51,114 bases of DNA from an uncultured Clostridia bacterium (GTDB lineage Bacteria; Bacillota; Clostridia; TANB77; CAG-465): the NCBI GenBank assembly GCA_944386635.1, contig CALXBV010000067.1, forward strand, positions 1 through 51,114, written 5' to 3'. The translations under genes were made by a program, and so were the position numbers. The stretch's first letter is position 1; each line of letters begins with the position of its first letter. Under the pieces are notes generated by a model. That model saw only the letters and a list, made by a program, of their open reading frames with translations. It did no database searches and was not told the origin of the DNA. Positions 29,287-40,312 of this stretch are shown one piece after another.

Positions 29287-30531
29287 ATGGGAAAAGAAAT
29301 GACTTTATATGAAGATTTACAATGGAGAGGTTTAATAAAAGATATTAGTAGTGAGGATTTAATAGAAAAATTAAATAATGAAAAACTAACTTTTTATCTT
29401 GGAACTGATCCTACAGCAGATAGTTTGCATATTGGCCATTACTCTACATTTCTTGTAGCAAAGAGATTGCAAAAAGCAGGACATAAGCCTATACTTCTTG
29501 TTGGCGGTGCAACAGGACTTGTTGGAGATCCAAGAGGAACAGGTGAAAGAGAAAAGGCTGATGCAAAAGTAATCGAGAGTAATTTTGGAAAATTAAAAGC
29601 ACAGGTAGAGAAATTATTTGGTATCAAGTGCGTTAACAATTATGATTGGTTTAAAGATGTTAATTATATAGATTTTTTAAGAGACTATGGAAAATATATT
29701 AATGTAAATTATATGATAAATAAAGATTTAGTAAAAAGACAACTTGAGATAGGTATTTCGTATGCCGAGTTTTCATACATGCTAATTCAGGGTGTAGATT
29801 TTAAGCATTTACATGATGAGTATGGTGTTACATTACAAATAGGTGGTTCAGATCAGTGGGGAAATTTGACTACAGGCATAGAAATAATACGTAAATTGAC
29901 TGGAGAAGAAGTATATGCCTTCTCAATACCACTAGCTGTTGATTCTCAAGGAAAGAAAATGGGAAAATCTGAAGGAAATGCTGTATGGTTAGATATAAAT
30001 AAGACATCTGCATATGAATTGTATCAGTATTTATATAATCTAGAAGATAGTATGATGGAAATTTATCTAAAAAGATTTACATTTCTTAGTAAAGATGAAA
30101 TAGAAGATATAATGAAAAGACATTTGGAAGCTCCTGAAAAGAGAATTGCACAAGAGGCTCTTGCTCATGAGGTAGTACGTGATATTCATGGTGAAGAGGA
30201 ATACCAAAAGGCTTTAGAGATAAGTAGAGCTTTATTTAGTGGCGATATAAAAAAAATACCAACTGATCAGATAGGCAAAATATTTTCAAAAGTTGATCAT
30301 ATCAATATAAAAGATTCTGAAAATATAGTAGATTTTCTTGCAAATAGCAAAATTTGTTCAAGTAAAAGGGAAGCAAGAGAATTTATATCATCAGGAAGTA
30401 TATATGTCAATGGTGATAAAATTGATAGTTTGGAGTTTGCTATAAATAAAGAGTCTGCTTTAAATGGTAGATATGTAGTAGTACGTAAAGGAAAGAAAAA
30501 ATATTTCTTAGGTGAATTTATAGATGAGTAG
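29287..30531 (+). CDS. tyrS: Tyrosine--tRNA ligase
   Basis: DPTADSLHIGH, QIGGSDQWGN, KMGKS, S4-like tail RKGKKKY. Confidence 0.97.
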   Translation: MGKEMTLYEDLQWRGLIKDISSEDLIEKLNNEKLTFYLGTDPTADSLHIGHYSTFLVAKRLQKAGHKPILLVGGATGLVGDPRGTGEREKADAKVIESNFGKLKAQVEKLFGIKCVNNYDWFKDVNYIDFLRDYGKYINVNYMINKDLVKRQLEIGISYAEFSYMLIQGVDFKHLHDEYGVTLQIGGSDQWGNLTTGIEIIRKLTGEEVYAFSIPLAVDSQGKKMGKSEGNAVWLDINKTSAYELYQYLYNLEDSMMEIYLKRFTFLSKDEIEDIMKRHLEAPEKRIAQEALAHEVVRDIHGEEEYQKALEISRALFSGDIKKIPTDQIGKIFSKVDHINIKDSENIVDFLANSKICSSKREAREFISSGSIYVNGDKIDSLEFAINKESALNGRYVVVRKGKKKYFLGEFIDE

Positions 30532-31189
30532 TAAAAAATTATATACTCTAGGAGAAGAAATTTCTAATTCTATTACGCATGGTATAGGATCGTTACTTTC
30601 TATAGCAGCACTTGTTATAATGGTTGTTGTAGCTGCAATACATCATAATACAATGGGTGTAGTTACATCTGCTATATTTGGTGCAAGTCTAATAATATTA
30701 TATACAATGTCTACATTGTATCATGCTATTAGTAATGAAAAGGCAAAAAAAGTACTAAAGGTGTTTGATCATTGCACAATATATTTGCTTATCGCAGGTT
30801 CTTATACACCTTTTACACTTGTAGCTTTAAGAAGTGTTGATCCAATTAAAGCTTGGGTTATATTTTCAATAGTATGGGGGATTGCTATTTTAGGTACAAT
30901 ACTATATGCTTTTTTTAAAAACAAATTTAAGGTGTTAAATATAGTATCTTATATAGTTATGGGATGGGTAGTTGTAATAGCAATTCCAGAAATAATAGAA
31001 TTTTTTAAGATAAACAATGCAATGGCTGGTTTTTATTTGCTTTTAGCTGGTGGATTATCTTACACATTAGGTGTTATATTTTATGCTTTACAAAAAAAGA
31101 ATTTAAGGTATTTTCATACTATTTGGCATCTATTTGTGTTAGGTGGTTCAATATGTCACTTTTTATCCGTAACATTGTTTGTACTTTAA
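30524..31189 (+). CDS. Hemolysin III/PAQR (TrhA-like) membrane protein
   Basis: EEISNSITHG, STLYH, DHCTIYLLIAGSYTP, HTIWHLFV. Confidence 0.92.
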   Translation: MSSKKLYTLGEEISNSITHGIGSLLSIAALVIMVVVAAIHHNTMGVVTSAIFGASLIILYTMSTLYHAISNEKAKKVLKVFDHCTIYLLIAGSYTPFTLVALRSVDPIKAWVIFSIVWGIAILGTILYAFFKNKFKVLNIVSYIVMGWVVVIAIPEIIEFFKINNAMAGFYLLLAGGLSYTLGVIFYALQKKNLRYFHTIWHLFVLGGSICHFLSVTLFVL

Positions 31190-31270
31190 AGTAGTTTATA
31201 GTATAAATTTGAATTTTTTTTATAAAAAACTTTACTAGAAAAATAATTTATGCTATAATACTACTGTAAT

Positions 31271-31345
31271 GGCCCCTTGGTCAAGCGGTTAAGACGCGAC
31301 CCTCTCAAGGTCGAATCATGGGTTCGATTCCCGTAGGGGTCACCA
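31271..31345 (+). tRNA. tRNA-Glu (CTC)
   Basis: GGCCCCT/AGGGGTC acceptor stem, CGACC-CTCTCAA-GGTCG arm, TTCGA loop, CCA. Confidence 0.95.
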
Positions 31346-31420
31346 AAACATAATACGTAAAAGCCTTATAATACTTTATAGTATTATGAGGCTTTTTAAG
31401 TAAAAGAGGAGAAATATATC

Positions 31421-32149
31421 ATGAGTGGAATATTTGAGTGTAACGAAAAAGTTACTGTACTTGATGTTGGAATAGATTATATGATAACAGATAAAGGATT
31501 TATACGTATACTTCAAGAAGCTGCAAATCTTGCTAGTAGCCAAGTAGGTCATGGAATTGCAGATATTGAGAGGACTGGAACTACATGGGTAATATTATAT
31601 TGGAGACTTAAGGTAAATAAAAGAGTGGGATATAATGATACTCTTACTGTAAAAACTTGGGCTAATTTTTTTAATAAAATATATTCTTTAAGAGAATTTG
31701 AAGTATATTGTAATGGAGAACTAATAGCAAAAGCATCGTCTAAGTGGGTATTTGTGGATGCTAAAAGCCATACCATTCGCAAAATAACAGATGATATAAT
31801 AAAAATATATGAGCCTTTAGAAAGAAGAGTATTTGACACTGAACTAAATGAGAGAGTAAAATTGCCAACTAATTTAAATGAGGTATATAAATATACAATA
31901 ATGAAAAGAGATTTAGATGCTAATCACCATGTAAACAATTTATGCTTCTTAGATATAGCAATTGAAGCTTTGCCAGACAATATTATGGCTGAAGATTTTA
32001 ATAATATATCTATTATTTATAAAAAAGAGATGTTATATAAAGATATAATATCTTGTTATTATGAATTTAAGGATAATGAACATATAATATATATGTATAA
32101 TAAAGAAAAAAATATATTAAATGGTGTTGTAATATTTAAAAAAGAGTAA
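31421..32149 (+). CDS. Acyl-ACP thioesterase
   Basis: LQEAA, WV, VKTW, DLDANHHVNN. Confidence 0.88.
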   Translation: MSGIFECNEKVTVLDVGIDYMITDKGFIRILQEAANLASSQVGHGIADIERTGTTWVILYWRLKVNKRVGYNDTLTVKTWANFFNKIYSLREFEVYCNGELIAKASSKWVFVDAKSHTIRKITDDIIKIYEPLERRVFDTELNERVKLPTNLNEVYKYTIMKRDLDANHHVNNLCFLDIAIEALPDNIMAEDFNNISIIYKKEMLYKDIISCYYEFKDNEHIIYMYNKEKNILNGVVIFKKE

Positions 32150-32168
32150 AATTAAATCAGCAAGTATT

Positions 32169-33392
32169 TTATTTTCTTGCTGATTTTTTTATTTTATGTC
32201 TTATATAAAAAATAGTTATTAATATAATAATACTGGCTAATATAATAAATATTGGATATCTATTAGTACTAATCCATTTGGTTATACTAAAATCTAATTT
32301 TTCATTTAATATTATATCACTAGTTTCTAGTAATTCGTTATCATAGTATATACTTATTTCACCAAGTTTTTCTCCTTTTTTTATATTTGAGTTTAAGGTT
32401 TCAATTCCACTGTATTCTATATTTATTTTACTTTTGTCTAATATATTAATATACTTAGTTACATCTTTTTCACTATAAAATTTAACATTATCTTGCTTGC
32501 AATTTATAGTGTCTAACTGTAATATTTCTTCGCCTTGAGATATTATATTTTGAACAGAATATGTATCTGATATATATTCATATAATGTTTCAGAATCTAT
32601 TATATTGTATGGCCTAGTTGAATACATATTTGCACCTGTTACTATAGCAATTAGTTCTACACCTTCATCTTCGGAGTAGCTTGCTAAACATATTCCAGCA
32701 TCTTCTGTCGTACCAGTTTTTCCGCCCATGATATAATTTATATTTATTCCATATCTTTGAGGAGCTCTAAATATTGTACTTGATACAGTAAGTAGTTTGT
32801 CTGTTGTTGTATATGTTGGAGTACTGATTATTTCTTTTAATGTTTTATTTTCAAGAACATATTTTAAGAGTTTAGCTACATCTTCAATAGTCGAGTAATT
32901 GTCCTCATCATCTAAACCTGTAACATTACTAAAATGTGTATTATTCATTTGAAGTTGTTTAGCTTTATCATTCATTTTGGATATAAATTCTGTGCTATTA
33001 TTAAATATTATTTCTGAAAGGTAAATAGCACTATCAGCACCAGACGGAATTAGCATTGTGGCAAGTAAGTCATAATATGTAAGTCGCTCACCATCAAAAA
33101 TACCTGCAACAGCTAAGTCGGTATCTAAATTTTGAGATATTATTGAATAGTCTACGGTAAGAGTAGCATTTAAGTCATCAATATTTTCTATAGCAACTAC
33201 AGCAGTCATAAGCTTAGTTATACTAGCTATAGAAATTTCTTCTTGTTCATTTTTACTGCATAGTAGTTTTAGATTATCAGCTTCATATATGCCATAGTTT
33301 GTAGATTGTATATTTTCTAAATTTTCCATCCCAAATATACAATTTAAATATAAATAAAAAAATAAAAATATAATTAAAAACTTGCTTTTCAT
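32169..33392 (-). CDS. D-alanyl-D-alanine carboxypeptidase (S11)
   Basis: ASITK SxxK, SGAD, GKTG, C-terminal TM anchor. Confidence 0.9.
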   Translation of the reverse strand: MKSKFLIIFLFFYLYLNCIFGMENLENIQSTNYGIYEADNLKLLCSKNEQEEISIASITKLMTAVVAIENIDDLNATLTVDYSIISQNLDTDLAVAGIFDGERLTYYDLLATMLIPSGADSAIYLSEIIFNNSTEFISKMNDKAKQLQMNNTHFSNVTGLDDEDNYSTIEDVAKLLKYVLENKTLKEIISTPTYTTTDKLLTVSSTIFRAPQRYGININYIMGGKTGTTEDAGICLASYSEDEGVELIAIVTGANMYSTRPYNIIDSETLYEYISDTYSVQNIISQGEEILQLDTINCKQDNVKFYSEKDVTKYINILDKSKINIEYSGIETLNSNIKKGEKLGEISIYYDNELLETSDIILNEKLDFSITKWISTNRYPIFIILASIIILITIFYIRHKIKKSARK

Positions 33393-33477
33393 AATTTAAA
33401 TTTTATCATATATTATAATTTTTTCAATAAAAAGTATAATATTTATTTATCAACAGAAAATATTTTTAGGTGATATT

Positions 33478-33732
33478 ATGATTCAAATAACACATAGATA
33501 CGAGATGCGTGATGGTATACCACAAATCGTAATATATGCGTACACTCCTGTAGAATATGAGTTTGCTATGGATTTTGATACTATAAAAAAGAATGCAATA
33601 AATACTGTTGGTAAAATACGTGAGTATGTACAAGAAAAATTTTCTAATGTTAATAATTCTACTGTAATGCTAATAGTAAATGGAATTGTTATAGGAAGTG
33701 TTGCACTTACAAATTTAATTGCTCCCAAATAG
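33478..33732 (+). CDS. Hypothetical protein
   Basis: AGGTGA RBS, 84-aa ORF, bidirectional terminator after it. Confidence 0.6.
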   Translation: MIQITHRYEMRDGIPQIVIYAYTPVEYEFAMDFDTIKKNAINTVGKIREYVQEKFSNVNNSTVMLIVNGIVIGSVALTNLIAPK

Positions 33733-33735
33733 GAA

Positions 33736-33772
33736 AAATCACTCTAGTAAAAACTAGAGTGATTTCATTTTT
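33736..33772. terminator. Bidirectional terminator
   Basis: AAATCACTCTAGT-AAAA-ACTAGAGTGATTT between convergent genes. Confidence 0.8.
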
Positions 33773-34765
33773 TTATTGAACTAAATTCTCACATGTTCCT
33801 GTTTCAAAGAATTCTTTTATATTATCCATGCTTACTTTACCTATTTTATCTAAAGCTTCTTTTGTAAAAAATGCTTGGTGTGAAGTTATTACAACATTAG
33901 GCATACTTAATAATACGGATAGTTCAGTGTTTCTGTAATATGAATTAGACATATCATTTAAGAAGAAGTCCTCTTCTTCATCAAATACATCAAGACCTAG
34001 GCCTCCAATTTTTCCTCTTCCTAGTTCTTCAATTAAATCATCACTATTTATTAGTTTTCCTCTACTTGTATTGATGATAACAACACCATCTTTCATTTTA
34101 TTTATTGCTTCTTTATTTATCATGTTTTTGTTTTCATCAGTTAAAGGGCAGTGTAGAGAAATTATATCAGATTTTGCGTATAGTTCATCTAGAGTTGTAT
34201 ATCTAAATCCCATTTCTTGTGCTGCTTTTTCATCAGGATAAACATCGTATGCAAGAACTTCTGTTCCAAATCCTTTCATAATGTTAATGAAAACCTTACC
34301 AATTTTACCAGTTCCAATAACGCCTACTGTTTTTCCATGTATATCAAATCCTAATAATCCATTTAGAGTAAAATTATATTTTTTTGTTCTTTGATATGAT
34401 TTATATATTTTTCTATCAACACTTAACAATAGTGCAACAGCATGTTCTGCAACAGCATAAGGTGAGTATCTAGGAACTCTAACAACCTTTATACCTTCAG
34501 GTAAATTCTTAATATCAACATTGTTATATCCAGCACAACGTAAAACAATTAATTTAACACCACAATCTTTTAATATATTTAGAGTCTCTTTATCTGCAAT
34601 ATCATTTACAAATATACAAACAGCATCATATCCTTTAGCAAGTGGTGCAGTTTCACTGTTTAATTTAGATTCTAGATATTTAATTTCAAATCCATAATCT
34701 TTGTTATACCTTTCAAAAAGTTTTTTATCATATTCTTTTGTGTCATAAAATAAAATCTTTACCAT
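33773..34765 (-). CDS. D-2-hydroxyacid (D-lactate) dehydrogenase
   Basis: LRCAGYNNVD, YSPYAVAEH, GTGKIG, INTSRG, TSHQAF. Confidence 0.9.
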   Translation of the reverse strand: MVKILFYDTKEYDKKLFERYNKDYGFEIKYLESKLNSETAPLAKGYDAVCIFVNDIADKETLNILKDCGVKLIVLRCAGYNNVDIKNLPEGIKVVRVPRYSPYAVAEHAVALLLSVDRKIYKSYQRTKKYNFTLNGLLGFDIHGKTVGVIGTGKIGKVFINIMKGFGTEVLAYDVYPDEKAAQEMGFRYTTLDELYAKSDIISLHCPLTDENKNMINKEAINKMKDGVVIINTSRGKLINSDDLIEELGRGKIGGLGLDVFDEEEDFFLNDMSNSYYRNTELSVLLSMPNVVITSHQAFFTKEALDKIGKVSMDNIKEFFETGTCENLVQ

Positions 34766-34921
34766 AATTATTCCTCCTGTACTATAGCCAAACTATATTA
34801 TATCATTTTTTTTTTGACTGATCAATCTTTTTTATAATTAATATGTCAAATAATAATATTTCTTTATTATAATTTGCATTTTTTATAAATTGTATGATAT
34901 AATTTTTATAGTGAGTGATAT

Positions 34922-35473
34922 ATGAATAAAATACAAAAAATGAAAATAAAAGAGATATTATCTGAAACTATATCTCAAATTAATGATGCTAGATATCAGT
35001 ATTATGTATCTGATTTAATAGAAAATGATGTTGTTTTATCTATGAAGAATTATATACAACATGGAACCACTACAACATTTGATCATTGTTTAAGTGTATC
35101 ATACTATAGTTACAAGATTGCTAAAAAGTTTAATTTAGATGCAAGATCTGTAGCACGAGCAGGACTTTTACATGATTTATTTTTATATGATTGGCATAAG
35201 GTTATGGAAAAAAAGCCACTTTTTCAAAAACATGGATTTACTCATCCTAAAGCAGCTTTAGATAATGCTGTAAAATATTTTAATTTAAATGATATTGAAA
35301 AAGATATTATTGAAAAACATATGTGGCCTTTAACATTAAGAAAAGTTCCAAAATATAGAGAAAGTATTATTGTTACCATGGTGGATAAGTATTGCTCAAC
35401 AAGAGAAACATTTGCACCATTAGTTGAAAAAATAAGAAAGCTAAATTTTATTATAAGAAAACAATATTTATAA
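34922..35473 (+). CDS. HD-domain phosphohydrolase
   Basis: QHG..HC, LLHDLFLYDW, HGFTHP, HMWPLT, VDK. Confidence 0.88.
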   Translation: MNKIQKMKIKEILSETISQINDARYQYYVSDLIENDVVLSMKNYIQHGTTTTFDHCLSVSYYSYKIAKKFNLDARSVARAGLLHDLFLYDWHKVMEKKPLFQKHGFTHPKAALDNAVKYFNLNDIEKDIIEKHMWPLTLRKVPKYRESIIVTMVDKYCSTRETFAPLVEKIRKLNFIIRKQYL

Positions 35474-35525
35474 AAAAAGTATTGACAATTAAATACAAAA
35501 ATGTTAAAATAAAAACTGTTCACAC

Positions 35526-35614
35526 GGGAGTGTGGCGGAACTGGCAGACGCACAGGACTTAAAATCCTGCGAGGGTCAAACCTCGTACCGGTTCGATTCC
35601 GGTCATTCCCACCA
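35526..35614 (+). tRNA. tRNA-Leu (TAA), second copy
   Basis: 88/89 identical to 27637..27725; own TTGACA/TAAAAT promoter. Confidence 0.95.
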
Positions 35615-35797
35615 AATATTTTAAATATTTTGACAAAAGAAGATATTAGAAATATATTTCTAATATCTTTTTTTATGTTATTAATGTAGTTTATACGAAA
35701 TTTTTCTATATTAGTCATTTTTTTTATAAAAATAGTAAATTTATTGCAAAAATAGTATAAATATAGTAATATATACCTATAAAGTGAGGCTTGAAAT

Positions 35798-36370
35798 ATG
35801 GAAAAGGAAGTAATTGTCGGTGAGAAAAAATTGAATGATAGATCTTTGCTAAGAAATTTCTATCCTAAATATGTATTTGAAAAAGTTGAAGATATACCAT
35901 ATGAATTAATTGCAAAAGAAGGAATAAAATTAATATTAATGGATATGGACAATACAATTATAGACTCTAAAGGAAAATATTCTAAAGATATAAAAAAATG
36001 GATAAAGTATATGAAATCTAAGAATATAAAACTATATATTGTAAGTAACTCTTTTTCAGAAAAAGTTGTTAAAAGAATAGCTAAAGAGCTAGGACTTAGA
36101 TATTTTTATAAAGCATCTAAGCCTTCTACTAAGGCATTTAAAAAAGTTAGTATGGAGTTCCCAGAAATAAATAAGAGTGAAATCCTTATGATAGGAGATC
36201 AGCTATTTACAGATATATGGGGAGGAAATAGATTTAATATAAAGACTATACTTGTAAAAAGAATTAATAAGAAGGAAATATTTATTAGTAGATTAAAAAG
36301 ACCAATAGAAAAAGTTATTCTTAGCCATTATTATAAAAAAGAGGAAAATTTATCAAAATGCAAAGTATAA
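35798..36370 (+). CDS. YqeG-family HAD IIIA phosphatase
   Basis: DMDNT, VSN, KP, IGDQLFTDIWGGNR. Confidence 0.9.
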   Translation: MEKEVIVGEKKLNDRSLLRNFYPKYVFEKVEDIPYELIAKEGIKLILMDMDNTIIDSKGKYSKDIKKWIKYMKSKNIKLYIVSNSFSEKVVKRIAKELGLRYFYKASKPSTKAFKKVSMEFPEINKSEILMIGDQLFTDIWGGNRFNIKTILVKRINKKEIFISRLKRPIEKVILSHYYKKEENLSKCKV

Positions 36371-37077
36371 TTATATTTATTTTAATATCAGTATTATGTT
36401 CAACAATATTATCAAATTTTTTAAAGTGTGCTTATGTTTATAACGGAAATGATTTTACATTTTTAAACTTTAAAAAAAATTTCTCTTTTAAGAACCTAGA
36501 CATAAGTTTTATATTTATATTTTTTATTATTTTTGAAGTGATTTCGATGTTTGTTAATGCATATGAACTTATATGGTATATTCCAACAATATTTGCATTA
36601 TTATTAGCTTTTTGTATGGATATTAAATATATGATAATTCCACATACTTCATGTTTTATTATATTGATTATGGCAGTTATTAAAAATATATACTTTTTTT
36701 CTATGGATAATATAGTATCTTCTATTTTAGGTGGAGTAATCGGTGGTATGTTCTTTTACTTAATAAATTTAATTTTCGGATTATTTAGCAAAAAGACGGG
36801 ATTTGGATTTGGAGATATAAAATTACTTGCTTCAATTGGCTTCTTAGTAGGAGTAAAAGATATTATTGTGATAATTGTAATGAGTATTTTTATATCTGCA
36901 ATATTTAGCTTGTTATTTTTATTATATAATTTTATATTAAAAAAGAAAAAAGAATATATTCCATTTGGGCCATTTATTGTAATAAGCGTGCTAATAACAA
37001 TGATTATTCCATCTGCGAAGATAATAGACTTATATTTTAGTATAATAGATAAATTAATAATGCATCTAAATAATTAA
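36358..37077 (+). CDS. A24 prepilin peptidase family protein
   Basis: MDIKYMIIP, GFGDIKL, IPFGPFI, multi-TM. Confidence 0.85.
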   Translation: MQSIIIFILISVLCSTILSNFLKCAYVYNGNDFTFLNFKKNFSFKNLDISFIFIFFIIFEVISMFVNAYELIWYIPTIFALLLAFCMDIKYMIIPHTSCFIILIMAVIKNIYFFSMDNIVSSILGGVIGGMFFYLINLIFGLFSKKTGFGFGDIKLLASIGFLVGVKDIIVIIVMSIFISAIFSLLFLLYNFILKKKKEYIPFGPFIVISVLITMIIPSAKIIDLYFSIIDKLIMHLNN

Positions 37078-37149
37078 GTGTTTTAGATGTATTTTTTTTA
37101 TAACATTTACATTTTAAGTAAACTAGTGTATAATGATATAGGTGAATTT

Positions 37150-38016
37150 ATGATAAAGTTTGGAGTAGCAGGTGGTACAGATGCTTTTTATATAAAAAAT
37201 AAAAATTCATATCAAATGCCACAATATTTAAAAAATATGGAACTAGATGCATATGAATATCAATGCTCTAGAGGTGTAAGAGTATCACAGTGTGTTGCAA
37301 AGCAGATAAAAGAAGAAGCAGAAAAGAATAATATATATTTAAGTGTCCATGCACCATATTACATTTCACTTTCAACGCAAGAAGAAGAGAAAAAGGAAAA
37401 GACAATAAAATATATTATAGATACTATGAAAGTAGCTAAAGCTATGGGAGCAGACAGGATTGTGGTCCATGCTGGATCACTTTTGGGACTTGAAAGAGAT
37501 TATGCTGTAGAAAGTGCATGTAGATTATTAAAGCAAGCAATAGAAAGAGCCGATTTACTAGATCTTGGAGATATAACAATTTGTCCAGAGACTATGGGAA
37601 AAATAAATCAGCTTGGAGATAGTAGAGAGATTATTAAGCTATGTAAAATAGATAAAAGATTAATACCTACTATAGACTTTGGACATTTATATGCAAGAAG
37701 TGTAGGAAAACTTAATACATATGAGTTATGGAAAGAGGAACTTCAAATGTATATAGATGAGCTTGGATTTGATAGGATGAAGAATTTCCATGCGCATTTT
37801 TCACATATGGATTATACTCAAAACGGAGGAGAAAAATGTCATGTAAAATTTGAGGATAAAGGATATGGTCCAAATTTTGAAAATGTTTGTAGAGCACTAA
37901 TTGATTTAAAATTGGAACCGCGAATTATTTGTGAGTCTGCAGGGACACAAGATATTGATGCTAAGCAAATGAAAGAAATATATTTAAAAATGAAAGGAAC
38001 AAAAAGTTATGAGTAA
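37150..38016 (+). CDS. Endonuclease IV-like TIM-barrel protein
   Basis: SVHAPYYISL, VVHAG, PETMGK, IDFGH, HAHFS, ICES. Confidence 0.85.
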   Translation: MIKFGVAGGTDAFYIKNKNSYQMPQYLKNMELDAYEYQCSRGVRVSQCVAKQIKEEAEKNNIYLSVHAPYYISLSTQEEEKKEKTIKYIIDTMKVAKAMGADRIVVHAGSLLGLERDYAVESACRLLKQAIERADLLDLGDITICPETMGKINQLGDSREIIKLCKIDKRLIPTIDFGHLYARSVGKLNTYELWKEELQMYIDELGFDRMKNFHAHFSHMDYTQNGGEKCHVKFEDKGYGPNFENVCRALIDLKLEPRIICESAGTQDIDAKQMKEIYLKMKGTKSYE

Positions 38017-39256
38017 AGTAGAATTATTAGCACCGGCAGGAAGTTTAGAAAAAGCAAAGATTGCTTTTATGTATGGAGCAGATGCGGTATATGCTGGAAC
38101 AGCAAAATTATCATTAAGATCAAGAGCAGAATTAAATGAAGATTCTTTAGAAGAGACAATCAAATATGCACATAGTATTGGTAAAAAAGTATACGTTGCT
38201 TTAAACATATATGCTAATGATAAGGATTATGATGAAATAAAAGATCAGATTTTAAGATTAAGAGAAGTAAAAGCAGATGCTATAATAGCTAGTGATCCAG
38301 GAGTAATTATGCAAATTAGAGAATTAGCACCTGAAATTGATATACATATAAGCACACAGGCTAATACAGTAAGTCTTCATTCTGCCATGTTTTGGAGAGA
38401 TTTTGGCGCAAAAAGGGTAATATTGGCTCGTGAGTTAAGTAAAGAACAAATAGAATATATAATGAAAAATAAACCAAAAGATTTAGAAATTGAAATGTTT
38501 ATACATGGTGCTATATGTTATGCATATTCTGGAAGGTGCTATTTAAGTAAATATCTTGCTAATAGATGTGCAAATCAAGGAGATTGTGCCCAGCCTTGTA
38601 GATGGCAATATAAAATCACTGCTCAAGAGGTAAATAATCCTAATAGTAAAATAAATGTAGATTATGATGAAAAAGGAACATATTTATTCTCATCAAAAGA
38701 TATGTGCTTGATAAAGCAAATACCTACAATAATAGATATGGGTGTAGATAGCTTAAAAATAGAGGGAAGATTAAAGACAGATTATTATCTTGCTACTGTT
38801 GTAAGAGCATATAGAAATGCAATAGATGACTATGAGATTTTAAAAAGTAAAGGTGAACAAGATAAATACGATTATACAAAATATTTAAAAGAGCTAGAAA
38901 AAGTAAAAACTAGAGGATTATCTGAATTTTATTTTTCTGATATTAATAATCAAGATATACATGATTTTGATGGAAAAAGTGAGAATTTAGATTATGAATA
39001 TGGAGCAAGAGTAATTAGTAAGGATAAAGATGATATTTATATTGTTGAAATAAAAAATAAATTATCTATAGGTGATAAGTTGGAAATTTTATTACCAGAC
39101 ACTATAGATGATTGTAGCTTTATAATAGAAAAGTTATATGATGTAAAAAATAACAAGGAAATAGAGACAATAAATCCTGGAATAAAAGGACAACAAGTAA
39201 AGATAAAGATTCCTTATGATTTAGTACCAGGCACTATAATAAGAAGAAAAAGATAA
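38009..39256 (+). CDS. U32 peptidase family protein (TrhP-like)
   Basis: ELLAPAG, GADAVY, HISTQ, SGRCYLS, CAQPCR, SLKIEGR. Confidence 0.9.
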   Translation: MSKVELLAPAGSLEKAKIAFMYGADAVYAGTAKLSLRSRAELNEDSLEETIKYAHSIGKKVYVALNIYANDKDYDEIKDQILRLREVKADAIIASDPGVIMQIRELAPEIDIHISTQANTVSLHSAMFWRDFGAKRVILARELSKEQIEYIMKNKPKDLEIEMFIHGAICYAYSGRCYLSKYLANRCANQGDCAQPCRWQYKITAQEVNNPNSKINVDYDEKGTYLFSSKDMCLIKQIPTIIDMGVDSLKIEGRLKTDYYLATVVRAYRNAIDDYEILKSKGEQDKYDYTKYLKELEKVKTRGLSEFYFSDINNQDIHDFDGKSENLDYEYGARVISKDKDDIYIVEIKNKLSIGDKLEILLPDTIDDCSFIIEKLYDVKNNKEIETINPGIKGQQVKIKIPYDLVPGTIIRRKR

Positions 39257-39289
39257 AAAATAACCCAATTTTTTTTCAATTGGGTTATT

Positions 39290-40312
39290 TTAGTTATATT
39301 CATCAGATATATTACCTAGTATTTCTTCTATTGCATCTTCTAAAGTAATAAGTCCTACTGTTTTATTACCATCTTTTACAATTGCCATAGAGTGTTTTTC
39401 TTTTTGCATAGTTTTGAAAATGTCATCTACTTTGTCATTTGCATTAACAAAGAAAGGTTTACGTATTAGATTATTTATATTAAATTTAGATTCTTTGCTA
39501 TATTGCATTATAAGATCCTTTACAACTAGTATGCCAATAATATTATCTAGTTTTTCCTCATACACAGGTATTCTTGAATATTTGCTATTTTTTATAACAT
39601 TTAATAAAGCTTTTTGACTTGTATAATTATCAACTGCTATCATTTTATCTCTTGGAGTCATAACTTGACTTGCTATTGTATCGTCAAATTTAAATATATT
39701 TAGTAACATATCTCTTTCTGTATTATCAATTATTCCATCATCTCGACCTTTAGATATTATAGCTATTATTTCTTTTTCTGTAAGTCTATCATTATTTTCT
39801 GGCTTTATTTTTAGTAGTTTACATACTGAATTTGTAGAAAAAGTTAAAAATGCTACAAATGGGTATAATACTTTTTCTAGTCCATATATTAAATTAACAA
39901 CCATATAGGATACTTTACTTGGATATGCCAAAGCTATTTTTTTAGGAACTAATTCTCCAAAAATTAGAGTAAAATATGAAAGTATTATTGTTACTAATAT
40001 AATTGTAATAGTCTCTAGTATAGAAACAGAAATATTTAAATGTGGAGATATAACTGCAACTATATCTTCGGCAAAAGTTTCAGCTGCAAATGCACTAGCA
40101 AGGAAACCTGCTAACGTTATACAAATCTGAATTGTTGCTAAAAATCCACTAGAGTTATCTAATAATCTTTTTATCTTCTTAGATTTTTTATTTCCTTTTT
40201 TTATTTGTTCATTTAATTCCATTTTATTTAATGATACAAAAGCCATTTCAGTTGACGCAAATAGTCCATTAAGTAAAATTAAAATTATAAGAATAAAAAT
40301 TTTTAATAACAT
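39290..40312 (-). CDS. CNNM/CBS-domain hemolysin-family protein
   Basis: LNGLFASTEMA, FGELVPK, VMTPR, YSRIPVY, TLED.IEEILGNISDE. Confidence 0.9.
   Translation of the reverse strand: MLLKIFILIILILLNGLFASTEMAFVSLNKMELNEQIKKGNKKSKKIKRLLDNSSGFLATIQICITLAGFLASAFAAETFAEDIVAVISPHLNISVSILETITIILVTIILSYFTLIFGELVPKKIALAYPSKVSYMVVNLIYGLEKVLYPFVAFLTFSTNSVCKLLKIKPENNDRLTEKEIIAIISKGRDDGIIDNTERDMLLNIFKFDDTIASQVMTPRDKMIAVDNYTSQKALLNVIKNSKYSRIPVYEEKLDNIIGILVVKDLIMQYSKESKFNINNLIRKPFFVNANDKVDDIFKTMQKEKHSMAIVKDGNKTVGLITLEDAIEEILGNISDEYN

Noticed and set aside
27637-35614. tRNA-Leu pair as attL/attR of an island
   Set aside because: Copies are inverted and full length, enclose housekeeping genes, and there is no integrase.
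35242-35718. 158-aa minus-strand ORF and other antisense or nested ORFs (e.g. 4104..4679, 6466..7029, 9107..9430, 13781..14242)
   Set aside because: Shadows of real genes or a tRNA on the opposite strand; no RBS or family motifs.
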